DNA of 64,000 bases from Squalus acanthias (lineage: Eukaryota). Positions 63,352 to 64,000 of this stretch are shown here, in pieces. Below the pieces are notes generated by a model. It was not told the origin of the DNA. It saw only the letters and a program-made list of their open reading frames with translations, and ran no database searches. Positions within the stretch are counted from its first letter, which is position 1, and each line of letters opens with the position of its first letter. The stretch spans positions 65,040,001 to 65,104,000 of the forward strand of contig CM059432.1 in NCBI GenBank assembly GCA_030390025.1, in the 5' to 3' direction. A program made the translations under genes and the position numbers.

Positions 63352-64000
63352 TTATGGGATTGGGGGTAAGGTACTGACTTGGATAGAAAACTGGTTGGCA
63401 GACAGGAAGCAAAGAGTTGGAATAAACGGGTCTTTTTCCGACTGGCAGGCAGTGACTAGTGGGGTACCGCAGGGATCGGTGCTAGGACCCCAGTTATTCA
63501 CAATATATATTAATGATCTAGACGAGGGAACTAGATGTAATATCTCCAAGTTTGCAGACGACACAAAGCTGGGTGGGTGTGTGTGCTGTGAGGAGGATGC
63601 AGAGAAACTCCAGTATGATTTGGACAGGTTGGGTGATTGGGCAGATGCATGGCAGATGCAGTATAATGTGGATAAATGCGAGGTTATCCACTTTGGTGGC
63701 AAAAGCAAGAAGGCAGATTATTATCTGAACGGCAATAGATTGGGAAAAGGGGAAGTGCAACGAGACCTGGGTGTCCTTGTGCACCAGTTGCTGAAGGTAA
63801 GCATGCAGGTGCAGCAGGCGGTTAAGAAGGCAAATGGTATGTTGGCCTTCATAGCGAGAGGATTCGAGTACAGGAGCAAGGATGTCTTGCTGCAGTTGTA
63901 CAGGGCCTTAGTGAGACCACACCTTGAGTATTGTGTGCAGTTTTGGTCGCCTTATCTGAGGAAGGATGTTCTTGCCATGGAGGGAGTGCAGCGAAGATTC
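63352..64000 (+). mobile_element. CR1 RT fragment running off the window edge
   Basis: [24 protein letters not shown] and FADD in the + frame. Confidence 0.9.

Overview
This is vertebrate genomic DNA, most likely from a cartilaginous fish (inferred from the CR1, Deu-SINE and Harbinger repeat landscape), and it is dominated by nested transposable elements. The central feature is a complete, young 12.67 kb provirus on the minus strand (16064-28734). It has 1.63 kb LTRs at about 99% identity, a CAAT target-site duplication (TSD), a tRNA-Arg primer binding site (PBS) and a polypurine tract (PPT). Gag is joined to pol by a UGA-CUAG readthrough signal, and pol has the retroviral PR-RT-tether-RNaseH-IN layout. 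The env ORF is intact but is not a retroviral SU/TM: it looks like a paramyxo/pneumovirus-F-like class I fusion protein (lokiretrovirus-type) with an extra N-terminal immunoglobulin-like domain. The provirus sits in the Myb-like gene of a Harbinger transposon. Host genes are the last two coding exons of a peroxidasin-family gene (probably PXDNL, minus strand) and a frameshifted TIR+SAM exon (minus strand). The window also holds several CR1/L2 LINEs, more Harbinger elements and MITEs, and a TGT...ACA element with 174-bp terminal inverted repeats (TIRs). All family calls come from reading motifs by eye; no database search was run.
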